Counted from the stretch's first letter, positions 12,301 through 24,994 are shown. The stretch is 64,000 nucleotides of DNA from Selaginella moellendorffii (GCF_000143415.4 NW_003314326.1:434001-498000); one strand, 5' to 3'. Notes: a model not told the origin generated them from the letters alone. A program made the numbers and translations.

Positions 12301-13968
12301 CCATCTGATGAACATTTTATCATTCCGGTCATGGTTTTAAGGATTCTTTAGCCTACAACACCTCAAGGAGTTGGTTTTTTAACATTAGTGTTTTTTTCTA
12401 ATCTGTAATGTTTTCTTCTCTTGGCATATTAATCATTTATAACTCTTATAATTTTCATTCTTAGTCCAGTGTTGAGTTGAGTGTTTTTTGTGCTTCTTAT
12501 ACTAATTTGGATATTGAATATATGCATGAAATTGAGAATCTTGCTTTTTCTTTATTAGTAAAGTCTATGATTAATTTTAATATTGAGTATTTCCTTGTTC
12601 TTAAGGTTGAGTCACTTTAACTAGAGTTTTAGGCAAAGTGCATGTCCTCACTTGTGAGTGCTATTGAGAATCTTTATTTTATTGTTGCTATTGAGGAGTT
12701 TATGTGCTCTCTTGAGAATATGAATGTTTTTATTATTTTCCTATTTCAAGTGTTGAGAAGGTTGAGTAGTGTGAACTTTTTTGCTTATATTATGGTAGTT
12801 GAAGTATTTTATGATAGCAAGTCCCTTGTTCTCCAAGCTTTTAACACATGTCTTTCCTTTTTCCCTATTTCTATATTACTAATTATTGAAAAATTTTCTT
12901 CTTAATGCTTCTTTATCTATTTTTTCTTACTCCCATAATGGTTCTTCCTCAATTTTCTCACTTTTTCGTTTTTGTCTTGATGTTTCAAACTTTTTTTTCT
13001 TCAAAGAAGGGGGTAGAGGGGATGGACAAGAGTTCAACCCCAATGATGAAGTGAGGATGAACAGATACAATAGCAAACCAAGAATAAATAATATAGATTG
13101 TGAAGTAAAGATAAGCATAGTGTGTCCAAAAAAAACATTTAGCCTCAACATAGTGTGACTGAGTGAAGTGAAGCTAAATATAAATGGTAGAGTGAGAACA
13201 AACATAATAAATTTGAATGGAGAAAATTCTTTAGAATTTTTTTGCCTTCAAAAAGGGGTTAAGGAGGATATGGAGGACGAACAAAGTGAGTCTGACCTCC
13301 CATATATAGTGCTAGATGAAAGCAAAGGTTGTGAATCCAAGTTAACACAAGTCTTGGATGTTGACTGGAGGGAAGACTCAAAGATAAATTTGGATTATGG
13401 TTATGAGTTTAAGTTTATAATGGTCTCAAAAGATTATCTATGGGTAGATTTAAAGGTGGGATATTGCAATAGTGCTTTATGGACTATAGTAACTCTTGAA
13501 GTTCCTTGCTTTCGTTCAAAATTATAGCTTTAAGGTTGATATATATATTCATATTAAATTTATTATTGGGTCTACAAAACCATTTTAAAGACTTGACTTA
13601 GAAGTCTTTTTAACTTTTATAGTAAATAATAAATATTATTACTCATGTAAATACTTATTTTAATTAGTACTTAGCTCCCACAATTAAAACTTATTTATTT
13701 TTATAAAATTCTAATCAGATACAGTAACATATTAATAAATCTTCTCTTTCATAGTTTTTTATTCACACTGATGAGCTTGGGATCCAATCCCACTACTTCG
13801 GCCTTTCATTTACAACCATTAAACAAGGTCAAAATTTACAACAAAACTATAATTTTAAAACATTATAAAGACTTGACCAAAGATGACAGATGTTTCCCAG
13901 GAAGACAATGGACAGCACCGCCGCGGATTCAAGGCTGGAGATTTACAGTGAGCTAGGAATGAAGCGCG

Positions 13969-14968
13969 ATGAGTGCCTCACTCGACTTCGTGGGTCACAC
14001 GTTCGTGGTTATGGACACGCACGAGGACAAGATCCTGTTCGTCCGCGACCGCATTCGCGAACGCTTCCACAGTTATGTCATCTTTTGTAACACCGCTGAT
14101 TCTGTGGCGCTCGTCTCCAGCGCCCTCCTCTCTCCAGCGAATGACATGAAATACAATCCTTTCGACACCTTTCTCACCAGTGACGAGTACAAGTTTCGTC
14201 GGAGACCGCGAGCGCTGGTTACAAACAGCGATCTCAGGTAGACAAAATTGAATTCTTGCGACTCTTACGTTTGTCTCCCTCAGGGACGAGCGGCTGTTTG
14301 ATGATCTCAGAGGGAATCTGGTGGTAAACTATGACATCCCAGACGATCTAGCGACGTATTACTACCGTGCTGCAAGAGTTCATAACCACTGTTCCTCCAA
14401 AGCAGTTGTTAATCTTGTGTTCAAGGAGGAACTGCAAAAGCTGATGCGTTACGAGGAGCTGCTGCGGCTGGAGATCTTACCTAGCCGTCTTATCAAGCTT
14501 CACATCTACTGGGAGTACGTATTTTTACAGTCCTCTTTCTTCTCTTTGTTCTTGACAGGTTTTTGTAGTGATCCACCCTTGGAAAAAGGCTCACTTACAC
14601 AGCTTCAAGTCGCGGCTGGACGAGTGAGCATGGATGAGTATCGCAGGTTTGACGAAACAAGAGGGTAAGAATGTAAAATCTTTTCGAGTGTAGAAATTCA
14701 CCCTGTGGGTCTCAGGGAAGAAAGACGTAGGGAGAAGGCTCAGCGGATGGAGGGAAGGTAAGCATTAATACTTTTCGTGTCTCTGACTATGTTTTTCTAT
14801 CTCAGGGTCTCCTTGAAGGTGCCATGGTTTCACATCGAGGATCTAATCGAGGCACGAATCGAGCCCCCAAAGCGAGGAAGCAAGAAAAGAAAGACAGTGG
14901 ACGCTACTATCGAGCCCCCAAAGCGTCCTCGTTTGTTGCAGAGATTCTTGGCATGGTTTGGATTGTAA
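13969..14968 (+). CDS. Stand-alone degenerate DEAD-box (eIF4A-like) helicase C-terminal domain protein with basic tail, about 266 aa, 5 exons
   Basis: Exons 13969-14237, 14284-14514, 14569-14664, 14716-14757 and 14806-14968 splice GT-AG in frame. VIFCNT (motif IV), LVVNYDIP and YYYRAARVH (decayed motif VI) follow the eIF4A RecA2 layout. No Walker A or DEAD motif. Confidence 0.7.
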
Positions 14969-15113
14969 AAGAAGAGCGGGCTGTAGATAAAGTGATCTTT
15001 TCCCGTGATCGATGAAAGTTCTTATCTCTCTTATAGCTCGAGCTAAGCTCCTTAGTTTATTCATTGCTAGTGCTCCTTCAATCCTAGTAGGATGATGACG
15101 ATTGAAAGAGCTA

Positions 15114-16223
15114 CTATTTCCTGAAGTCAAGAGGAACTGTGTCCTGGGTGAAGTAGTCTCTCCGAACACTTTCAGCTGTACAAAAGCGCACCTAGAGTTT
15201 GACAGTGGCATTAACTTCTCGATCCACAAATAATTACTTGAGGCTTACCAAGCTTGCGTAGGATTTGAGCAAAGGCTTGACGAGCATCCAGACCGGTTGG
15301 AAAACAAATGGCGCGTCAACAAACAACACTTCCGCTAGCCGCCTCGGATAGTAGCTGTAAAAGACGTCGATCTTCTCGCACGAACGAACCAACAAGAATG
15401 GATGAAAAAAGAGATAAAGCACAGCGCCTCTACGCTTACCAAGAACTTGAGAAAGGTAAGATCCGCGTTTGCTGCGTTGAATCCTCGCAAGTCAAATATC
15501 CCAAGGATTTGATCGCCACCGGGAGGAAGATTTTGCAGAGCCATTTCGACGAGATGCACGCACAGCTTCTGACTGGCTAGAGCCTCTTCTTCCTACAACA
15601 AGTTGAGGTTGGAACCACTGGATCAAGTAAACTCACCCGAGGGAAGTGTTTTGCAGCAACTACAACCAGCACTGGCCTTCCCTTGACGTCTGGACTTGAG
15701 TTTAGATACGCTTTTCCAGAAGACGCGATCTTCCTGATGGAGTCGTCGGTAATGCTGTTTACTCCAAAATCTTCACGCCATTTCTGCACAGCTCTGCAGT
15801 TAGATCAAAAAAAGAAAAGAAAGAAAGAGATACGATGTAATTGGCTAGCTTTGTCCCAGCCTTGGGCACGTCGAACTTTCGATCCTGAAGGAACCAGAGG
15901 AGCAGCTCGTCATCGTCACGGCCATTCTTTCCAACAGGGAGGTAGGAGTGGCTCGTTGCAAGATGGTGCTTTAGCTGGTTGACGAGCTGCAAGACGGGAA
16001 AAACAAGATCAAAGAATCCCGAAACACGAACTTACTCGCTCCTGACCTGGAGAGTTTGGGCTGCTATAATTCATGGAGGCAGCCACTCTCAGCGAAGTTC
16101 CAGTCTGCAAGCAACGCACCACGTTAAACAACGCGCACAGAAAGGAGACCAAAGGCTTTGTACCTCGAGTCGTCGTCCAGGAAAGGAGCAGCGCCAACTA
16201 ATCTGCGGCACAGCAAACGCCAT
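15114..16223 (-). CDS. CPSFL1: Chloroplast Sec14/CRAL-TRIO lipid-transfer protein (CPSFL1-like), 7 exons
   Basis: Transit-peptide-like start [14 protein letters not shown]. Motifs [41 protein letters not shown] and [22 protein letters not shown]. Ends VPLDFRK*. Short GT-AG introns. Confidence 0.88.
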
Positions 16224-16463
16224 GAGCCCTAGAGACATTGCTAGACCGAAAAGGGAAACAGGAAAATCAGAAAGTGAGAAAGATTTTTCGTTGCTCCAAT
16301 ATCAATAAACATCGGAAGAAGAACTTTTGTGAGTGTGGGGACGCTTGTTTGCGTCCAAATCTGTGTCGTCAATGCTCCTCTTGCACTTTTGGTCCGAGAG
16401 GTTGCTGGTGTTCACTGGACCATCCAGACAGCCAACAAGTCTCATTACGAAGTGAGCAAGCTC

Positions 16464-18329
16464 TCAAAAACAAGCGGTCTTACTTGCGGGCTCCGCAGAG
16501 ACACGCTCCACTTGAGAACTGTATGGCGCGATGTGGTGCGTCACGGAAATCACAGAACCGAGGAGGTCTTCAATCAGTTCATACCTACGAAGCAAACAAC
16601 GATCGTCATTCAGAACAAACATGAAACGAGCAAACATGAAAACTTACAGTCGGCAGCAGAGTCTATCGGTGAGCGCGGTGACACTGAGAACCTTAAACCT
16701 TACTCCGCTTATGTCTTGTTCCAGCACCTCTTCGGGCATCTCAATAAGCATCGACAGCCTCTCAACCTGTTCTTCAAACTGCTGCTGCTGGTCTTCGAAC
16801 AGCACCTGGTTCATTGCGTTCTGCTCCGGGGAGATGTCGTCCTTGAAGAGATCGTTGCCGAACATAAAGAATGCGAACGGATACGAGCACGAGACGGCAC
16901 GCCGGGCCTTGTAAAGCATCTGGAGCCCAGACTTGAGCCATGTGTAGTCCTTGACAATCAAGTCGCGTTGTTCCAACCTTTCAATCTTCTCCTGTACAAG
17001 TTGTTCTTGCTTCTCTTCGAACTTGAGAGAATCCATATGCGCTCTCCACAGTTTGTAATAATGAAGGTATCTCGACAGCGTGCGTTTTGCATCGGCTGCT
17101 CTTGTCTCGGCTTCCTCTTTGTAGCGACCACAACTATGCCCCACAATGTGCTCGTAGCTATGAGCAGCGCCGGTGGCAGCACCACATTTCCAGCTACACG
17201 AACAAGGAGAAAAGTTAGTTTCCATCTCCTGAAGGTGAAGAAACAATAAACACAACTTACCAGAAATGCTGGCCGCAGCGGCAAGTCATGAGGTTGCAAC
17301 CTTCGTTCTTCTCGACTGGCTTAGTGCATTTCGGGCATGATTTAGTGTGACTGGTGATCCAGTGATTCGTCTCGGAGTCGTCTTTACACTTGCGCTCCCA
17401 CAGCTCCCACAAGCTGCATGACAGCGGCGAGTGCGGCAGCTTCAAGCAGTTGAAGCAAAACTGGTGCGAGCAAAGGCACTCGATCTCCCAGTACGGCCCC
17501 CCCTCCACCTTGATGGCATTTCCGCAGTGTGGAACGCTCGGGCACCACTTGACTGCTGCATTGTCTTCGATGTAGGACTCGAGCAAGCACCTCTCATACC
17601 GGGCCAAAGCCTCGCTGTTCCTGGATGCTAAGACGGCACGAACCTTTTCCTCGTCACAAATCGTTGCACACTTGAAAGCCATGCACTTCAACTTCCGGCT
17701 CTCGCCCTCCATGATCTTGACGGTAAAGTTCTCGAGCCAGCCTGCCCTTCCGAGTTAGATCGAAGGAAAAGCAAAGAAAGAGAAAAGATAGCAAAGGAAG
17801 AACACTTACAATCGTTGCAAAAGGCATGGCCGCAATCCATTTGAGTGGCATCGGCCTGTGGAACATCGTCGAAACAAATGCCGCAAGTGACAGTGCTTGG
17901 CAGCGGCTGCAAGGCGGGCTGGTTTTCAGCCAAAGCTGGCAAACCAACCCTGCGAAAGACCGCATCTCTCCCAGCCTCAGCCATGTAGCTAAACAAAACC
18001 TCGACGTTCCATCGGTAGTGGATGAGAAGAGCCCTGGCGTGCTGGATTTTCACACCAAACATGTCCATCACTCTTTGCAGATCTTGTTGCTGCCACGGCA
18101 AAGATGCGATGAGGAGGCGCGCTGCAAAGAATGGATCCCTTACCTGAGCAAGCGCTAGCGATTCGGCGGTGATCACCTGCGTAACACGCAATCCCGTGAA
18201 TGAGGACAATCTTTTGGAGGCGCTTACCCTATGCGACGATCCGCGCAGCTCAGCGGGATCGTCATCGCCGCACTCGAGCTCGCTCTCCGCGTAGATCCCC
18301 GAATTGTCTTCGTCCTCGTCGCTCATCAT
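16464..18329 (-). CDS. ARI: ARIADNE-family RBR E3 ubiquitin ligase
   Basis: Acidic N-terminus; RING1 CGICFDD..CGHAFCNDC; IBR KWCPSVPHCGNAI..FCFNC; RING2 CPKCTKPVEKNEGCNLMTCRCGQHFC; Ariadne domain RYLHYYKLWRAHMDSLK. Last exon YELIEDLLG...TACF*. Confidence 0.95.
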
Positions 18330-18339
18330 GTTAGGCTAC

Positions 18340-19170
18340 TACTAAAGAACCCTAAATTTTGCCCCCCTTAAAAACCGTCCAGCGTGGCAGCGGCAATGGG
18401 TCTATTAATCGCGCCCAATGCATTGAAGAACTGCCTTTCGCCCTCCAAATCTCTTGATGACCCGAAGAAGCTCCACTCTCAGATCGCGATCCAGCACAGG
18501 GCATCCCCAATCCAGATGTTCTTGCGGTGCGGGGGAGTATTGACGAGGGCATCGATGATTTCCGCGTACGCGCGAGATGGGCTGCTGGAAGAGGCCAGGA
18601 TTTTGCTCGATGCGATGCCGGAGCATAGCTTTCAGTTCTGGACGAATGCTCCTTCCATATGCCCGTGTAGGGTATACCAAAGAAGCGAAAAACCATCTTC
18701 GATTGTATGAGAGAGAGGAACATCCATTCGTGGAATGTGATTCTAAGCGCATTTGAAAGATCTGAGATGGTCCGGGAAGCCAGTTCTTGTTTCCAGAAAA
18801 TTCCGGAGAGAAATCCGGTGTCCTGGGCTGTCATGCTTGCACTATTTGCCCTTCTTGGGCATTTACATGAACTTTTACGAGATACATGGTGGTCTGGTTA
18901 TTGCTTTTTTATGCGCATACTCAAAACATGGTTTCGTTGCAGAAATCACAGAAGTGTTTTAATCTATGCCGTAATGGCACTTGGCTTCCTGGAACAACTT
19001 TTGTTAGTAGATGCCCATAAAGGGCATCTTGAGAACGGGAAGAACATCTTCGCTTCGATGGAGAAGCACGATGTAGTATCGTGGACTGCACTGGCTTTCA
19101 AAAACATTGTCTCATGAAATGGCATGCTTTCTGCATTTGCCGAAGCCGGGCATATACGAGAGGCAGAAGA
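18340..19170 (+). pseudogene. PPR pseudogene, tandem partial duplicate of the 19614-21566 gene
   Basis: Near-identical peptides (KKLHSQIAIQHR, MISAYARDGLLEEAR, MRERNIHSW, AHKGHLE..KNIF) with deletions, frameshifts and stops. Confidence 0.92.
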
Positions 19171-19613
19171 GAAACAACACTCATTTCGTTTGCAAGTTTG
19201 TTCAATCCCACTGTTGCTTCTGCTTGAGTTTGTCTTGAATTGTATATCCATTAAAGAGAGGATCCAAACTCCCGGCTGATGCAAGCTCCATTAGCAAATC
19301 TAAAAGACTCAAGATACGAGTTGAAAACTCTCTCAAACCTTCCACCACAAGTATCTCCTGCTCGCCCCTATTGCCTCTTCTTCCCCAGCTTCTTCAGATC
19401 GACCAATCGTACCAATCCTCTCCAGCGCCATAATCAAGCTCCCAAGAAACCAAGCGCCAAGGTGGAAAATCGAATCCTCCCATCTCGAGCAAAACCAACA
19501 TTGCCATAATCCTGCCAAAAAAGAGAGAGAATCAACGGTAGCTAAAAACAATTGCAGCCACAGCATTTTCCGACTACTAAATTTTGCCCCCTCCAGCGTG
19601 GCAATGTAGGTGT

Positions 19614-21566
19614 ATGAATCGAGCCCAATGCATCAAAGAGCTCACAGGCTTCTCCCCCAAATCTCTCCATGATGCGAAGAAGCTCCACTCCCAAATCGCG
19701 ATCCAGCACAGGAGCGACGCCTACATCTCCAATTTGCTCATCCAGATGTTCCTGCGATGCGGGAGTATCGACGAGGCGAGAAGAGTGTTTGCAAGTTCCA
19801 CGGCGAGGGACGAGTTCTCTTGGGTATCGATGATCTCCGCGTACGCGCGAGATGGGCTGCTGGAGGAGGCCAGGAGTTTTCTCGATGCGATGCCGGAGCA
19901 CAGCCTCCAGTCCTGGACGATCATGCTGCTTGCATATGCCCGGGAAGGGCATACTGAAGAAACGAAAACCATCTTCGACTGCATGAGAGAAAGGAACATC
20001 CATTCGTGGACTGTGATGCTAAGCGCATTTGGAAGAGCTGAGCTGGTCCGGGAAGCCAGTTCTTGTTTCCAGAAAATGCCGGAGAGAAATCTGGTGTCCT
20101 GGACTGTCATGCTTGCGCTATTTGCCCGTGTTGGGCGTTTTCAAGAACTTCGACTCTTGTTCAATGAAATGCCGGAACGAGACATGGTGGTTTGGTCCGT
20201 TTTCTTGTCCGCGTACGCTAAACACGGTATCCTTTCAGAAACCACAAAAGTGTTCTATTCCATGCCGGAATGGAACTTGGCTTGCTGGACCAACTTGCTC
20301 TTGGTAAATGCCCATAAAGGGCATCTTGAGGACGCGAAGAACATCTTTGACTCGATGGAGGAGCACGATGTGGTGTCGTGGACTGCACTTCTTACTGCCT
20401 ATTCTCGTCACGGAGATGTTTTCTACGCTTGCAAAGTTTTTAATCTGATGGCTTTCAAGAACATTGTCTCATGGAATGCCATGCTCGCAGCATTTGCCGT
20501 GTCAGGGCATATACAAGAGGCGGAAGAAACTTTCAAAAAGATGCCGGAACGAGATTTGGTGTCGTGGATCACGCTGCTCGTCGCGTACTCCATCCGCGGA
20601 AGAGTTGACGAGGCTAGGAAAACTTTCAATAGCATGCCCAGATTGAATCTTGTAGCCTGGAATGCAATGCTCACGGCCTATGCTCACGGTGGATTCCTTG
20701 GCAAAGCGAGGGAGCTTTACAGATCCATGCCGGAGAAGAATCCGGTGTCGCACAGCGCAATGTTGGCCGCGGAAGCGCAGCTCGGAGATTTAAGACAAGC
20801 TCAAAACTTGTTTGATGCGATGAGAGATCGGACTCTCGCTTCGTGGACGTGCATGCTAACCGGATTTGCAAGGGAGGGGCATCTCGAAGAAGCCCAGCAA
20901 ATGTATGAGCTGATGGGACAGAGCAAAGATCTCATCGCCCAAAACGCGATGCTCTCCGCCTTTGCTCGCAACAAGGCGATCGGAAGCGCCGAGAGATTCT
21001 TCTGGGAAGGAATGGAGGAGCACGACTCGGTGTCTTGGACGATCATGGTCTCCGGCTACGCTCTCGCCGGTCGTCTCGATGTAGCGAAGAAGATGTTCGA
21101 TGGGATGATCGATCGAGACATGGTATCCAGGGACGCAATGCTTGCGGGATTTGCTCACGGCAGTCGCTCCAAGGAAACCATCGAGCTCTTCCACCGCGGG
21201 AGCTTAATGGATTCTCCAGACGACGTTGCTTTGGTCCTGGTTTTGCTTGCTTGCGGCCACTCCGGGGACGTGTTCTTGGCAAGGCAGTACTTTCGTAGCC
21301 TGGAAGTCGACTATAGTGTCAAGCCACTCAAGCAGCATTTTTCCTGCGTGATCGATCTCCTTGGTCGAGCCGGCTACCTGGAATTCGCAGAGAATCTCAT
21401 AGATTCTATGCCGTTCTTGCCTGAAGCATCGGACTGGACTAGCCTTCTCGGGTCGTGCCGATCGTATAGAGATCCCGAGCGAGGAGCACGAGTTATGCAA
21501 AAGCTTGTAGCTTGCAATGCCAGTCTCGGTTCTCCATATCAGCTGCTATCGTCCGCTCTTACGTGA
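19614..21566 (+). CDS. PLS-class pentatricopeptide repeat protein with E domain, no DYW; intronless, about 650 aa
   Basis: Tandem repeats of about 31 aa (MPERNLVSWTVML..AYA..G.LEEAR..F). E-domain region HFSCVIDLLGRAGYLEFAENLIDSMPFLPEASDWTSLLGSC. Ends SPYQLLSSALT*. Confidence 0.96.
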   Translation: MNRAQCIKELTGFSPKSLHDAKKLHSQIAIQHRSDAYISNLLIQMFLRCGSIDEARRVFASSTARDEFSWVSMISAYARDGLLEEARSFLDAMPEHSLQSWTIMLLAYAREGHTEETKTIFDCMRERNIHSWTVMLSAFGRAELVREASSCFQKMPERNLVSWTVMLALFARVGRFQELRLLFNEMPERDMVVWSVFLSAYAKHGILSETTKVFYSMPEWNLACWTNLLLVNAHKGHLEDAKNIFDSMEEHDVVSWTALLTAYSRHGDVFYACKVFNLMAFKNIVSWNAMLAAFAVSGHIQEAEETFKKMPERDLVSWITLLVAYSIRGRVDEARKTFNSMPRLNLVAWNAMLTAYAHGGFLGKARELYRSMPEKNPVSHSAMLAAEAQLGDLRQAQNLFDAMRDRTLASWTCMLTGFAREGHLEEAQQMYELMGQSKDLIAQNAMLSAFARNKAIGSAERFFWEGMEEHDSVSWTIMVSGYALAGRLDVAKKMFDGMIDRDMVSRDAMLAGFAHGSRSKETIELFHRGSLMDSPDDVALVLVLLACGHSGDVFLARQYFRSLEVDYSVKPLKQHFSCVIDLLGRAGYLEFAENLIDSMPFLPEASDWTSLLGSCRSYRDPERGARVMQKLVACNASLGSPYQLLSSALT

Positions 21567-21643
21567 ATAGTTTGGAGAGCATCAAAATCATACCTGTGTG
21601 ATAATGTACTGTTTATTCCCGAGTCCAATAAAAAATCGCAATT

Positions 21644-23331
21644 TCATATCTTCAACAGCGGCTTGCCAGCATAGCCTTCCTTCCAAGTTTCCTGGATCTG
21701 AATGGCGGTAGCATAAGGCTTCCCTCCCTACAAACATTCGCAAAGGTAGATTACAAGCGTTACAAAGAACTAACAAAAAGAAGTACCGGGGACTGGAAAA
21801 TAGCGGTTGTTATACGACAGTTGAGCTCTCCATCTGGAAAAGAATCGGTGCTTAGACACAAGCAAAGAAACTGAAAAAAAAAAAAACCAACCATAATGCT
21901 GCCACTTATCGAACTTTGCAAGCCAAGTGTCCTTTCCAATGTTCGTCACCCGGATTCGATCAACCCAGATCCAAAACCGCTTGTCCTTATGAAGGCCGTG
22001 GAGGGGACGAAGCATCTCGATTGCATTCGCAAGCTGGATATCAACTCCCCAAGCGCCAATTAAAGTAGAATCTGGAGCCTGAATCAAGGAGCACTCAACT
22101 TAAGAGGATTTCAGAGAAGAAAAAAAAGAACGAGTTTTTCTTACCACTGGAGCCTTGAGAATCTCAAAGACGTGGTCACTGCACTCCACCTCGCCCTTGA
22201 GCCACTTTTCACACAGAAGCTGGTGCAGAACAATCTCGCGAGCAATCGCCTGATGACCGTCTTTGTGACCCGCGACAAAATCGCCATCCATCTCCAAGTC
22301 TCGCGGCGAGACGCACGGATCGATGCCAAAGTGCTGCAATCCTTGGATGATACCCGACGCACACGTCTCAGTGGCTCGGAAAATCTTTTGATTGTCACGA
22401 GCGTTTTCATTGTACCAATTTATCAGCTCCTCCATAGCATTCCCTACCTGTGAAAGATGCAGCAGCTATCAGTAAGTCACAAGGGACAAAAAGGAAAGAA
22501 AAGAAAAAGCCAACCATTGAGCCATATACTCCAGGAACAGCAAAAAGCTCAGCGTCGTTTCCGGAATCGCCACAAACCATAGTTTGCAGTGGAGATTTTC
22601 CTTCGGCCTCGAACTTCTTTAGCAGATAGGACAATGCATGGCCTTTGCTTGCTCCAATGGGAAGAACATCCAAATCCTGGCCGCCACTGTGGATGAGTTT
22701 CACCTCCAACTGCATATGAACAGCGAGAGTGACAATGTAAAATAAGAAAAGGAGCACATACCCCACGAGCTTTCAATCGATCATCGAGGACTTTCATAAT
22801 CTCTGGTGCTTGACTCCTGTCCACTGAAAAACTCACTTTATGTGGTCTTTGCTCTGTAGCACTCTACAAGTTACAGAATAAAAACGAGAACTCGCAAGTT
22901 TTTCTCAATGAAAACGAACCTGGAAGGTGAGCTGGGGCATCTCAGAAGCTACTTCCATAACGATCGATCGGTCCCAGCCTTTGTCGAGCTCGTGCTCCCA
23001 GCCACTATCGGGAATCATGGAATCGCCATACATTATCTCCGTTCCGACCGAGAGAATTGTAATGCCCGGAGTGAGCAATGGCTTCTCTCGTCTCAACTCT
23101 TTGTAAAGGGTCGGAGACCTCCCAGTCGAGAAAACCAGCAAGGAATCGTGACTGAACTCGGCAGCCCACAATGCGTTGAAGCGGAGAAGGGACTTGTTCT
23201 CCGGGTCGTGATGATCCACCTGTGCAAAATCAAAACTTTTTGAGACCAAATGAAAGGTCGATCGATTTGCGTACCATGGTGTGGTCTAGATCGGAAACTA
23301 TCATCAGCCGCGGCGAGCTCGATAGATTCAT
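21644..23331 (-). CDS. SPP: Sucrose-phosphate phosphatase (HAD domain + S6PP C-terminal domain)
   Basis: Motifs [66 protein letters not shown] and [12 protein letters not shown]-terminal RFWIWVDRI and IQETWKEG. Stop at 21644. Confidence 0.95.
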
Positions 23332-23491
23332 TGTGCCTTTCCCAAGTGTTCCTCCCGAGTAACCTAAGTAAAAAAAAAAAAGACAAGAATATTCATGAAA
23401 AAGGGAGGACAAAAATGATATTTTTACCAAGCCATTTTGTCGCGTGTTCGTGATAGCCACTTGTCAAGTTGTCGCTTGAACCAGATTTTCG

Positions 23492-24974
23492 CTAGAGTTC
23501 TCTTGCTTTGTCGACGTCGTCTTCTACATTTCCATCCGAGTCTTCGTGTTCTGGATCGCGTTCTACCTCCGAGACCTCCTCTTCGCAGTCAGAAGCACTG
23601 TCTCGACGGTCAGAAGCAACGAGTTCCGTGTCCGAGTTCCCGTCGACTTCCTCGGCCTGGTCCGAGTCCGAGAGCTCCACCCGGTCCAATCCATCGGTTA
23701 TTTGGATGGCTGCTTCGCCGCCTTCTATCTCTAAAGCCTTTGTGAACTCCCCTGCTAGAGACTTCGTGCAGTAGTCCTTTTGTGCCAGGCCCGTCATAAA
23801 CTTAACCAGCAGTTTCTTGGCCTTCACGCAGCTCCTTCGCTTTGACTTTTGGATCTCCTCACTCTCTTTCTGTTGTTTAGACTGCCTCGAAAGATTCACT
23901 TTCATTTTAAACTCGCGTAGCAACCTCCGCAATTCCTGCCAAGTACATACGTTCATTTGTCCAGATTTTAATCGTGAATGAAGAACTTACCTCCCTGTCA
24001 TACCCGTATGGCAGCGTATAGATTAGCCTTGTAACACTCAATTCGTTGTCCATGAGTCCATTCACCCATGTTTCAGAGGTGGTCTTCACGTATTTATCCC
24101 TCTGAAGAAAGTGGAATAAAGAAAAGTAAGATAAACGAAGAAAACCTAGCCGCAGTCGCATACATGAGAAGATTGATCTGCGAAGAATTGTTGGAGGGAA
24201 ACCGTTTTTCCAAGCCTCACACAATATATCACATACTCGAGCACGTCCAGCCGACAGTGACGAACCATTCCCTCTGTGTGTTTTCCAGTTAGAAGGAAAC
24301 GAGAAGAAAAAAAGGCATCGAGACACCGACCGATAAAACTGTATTGCCGCCTCTTCGCTTCCTTCACACCAGTGATCTCCATTTTCTACGAGAAAGACAA
24401 AACCAAAATCACTGTCTCGATCGATCGTATAAAAACGAAAATTTCTTTCTCGGACACTTGTTTACCTGGACAATCAGTGTGGCTTCCAAGACCTCTGGTG
24501 GTAGCGAAGCCCATCTGAAGAACAAAGAAAGAAAGAACTGCGAGTAAGGAAACTTTCGCGAAGAACCAAAAAAAAAAAGAAGAACTAGAAAGAAAGAAGA
24601 ACTGCGAGTGACGACCCAGGAAAAAAGAAGTAGATGACTTACTGGATCACATTTTTAATCTGGCCGGGTGCCAAAGTCGCCATGAGCCTGACGAGCGAGA
24701 GACCCTTGTCACTGCGTCGCTTGAGAGCGTTCCTGGTAAGCTTGTCGCCCTCTAGCGCTGGACTGGGATCCTCCTGACCTTGGAGCACGCTCTTGATCGC
24801 TGGGGTGAGAGGAATCGGTGTGATCGGCTTCTTTGTCTTTGGACGACGCACCTTCAATCCCCTCGCAAACACCAGCATTGCGGCATTCTCGTCGCATCCA
24901 GGCAGCAGCAGCGATGGCGGTGACGATGCGCACTTGCGATGGATCGATCGGCAACGCGATCGAAGTAAAAACAT
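23492..24974 (-). CDS. Organelle-targeted YjgA/DarP (DUF615) ribosome maturation family protein with acidic tail, 6 exons
   Basis: Spliced product: MFLLRSRCRSIHRKCASS (presequence-like)...LTRNALKRRS..LMATLAPGQIKNVIQWASLPPEVLEATLIVQ..EAKRRQYSFI..WVNGLMD..YDREELRRLLRE..KAKKLLVKFM. This follows the YjgA pattern SKSQLKR..RRRQLQYIG..WRDRL..DRQQLRQLIR..KA.RELF. Confidence 0.78.
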
Positions 24975-24994
24975 ATCTTTCTGCCCTAAAACTC

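Noticed and set aside
11764-12351. Overlapping S/R/L- and E/I/S-rich ORFs on both strands
   Set aside because: They arise from a stop-poor 6/12-bp LTR minisatellite and are not genes.
12360-13530. Short AT-rich ORFs, possibly a LINE or other TE remnant
   Set aside because: No diagnostic motif recognised.
16329-17249. 306-aa plus-strand ORF
   Set aside because: Antisense shadow of the ARIADNE exons.
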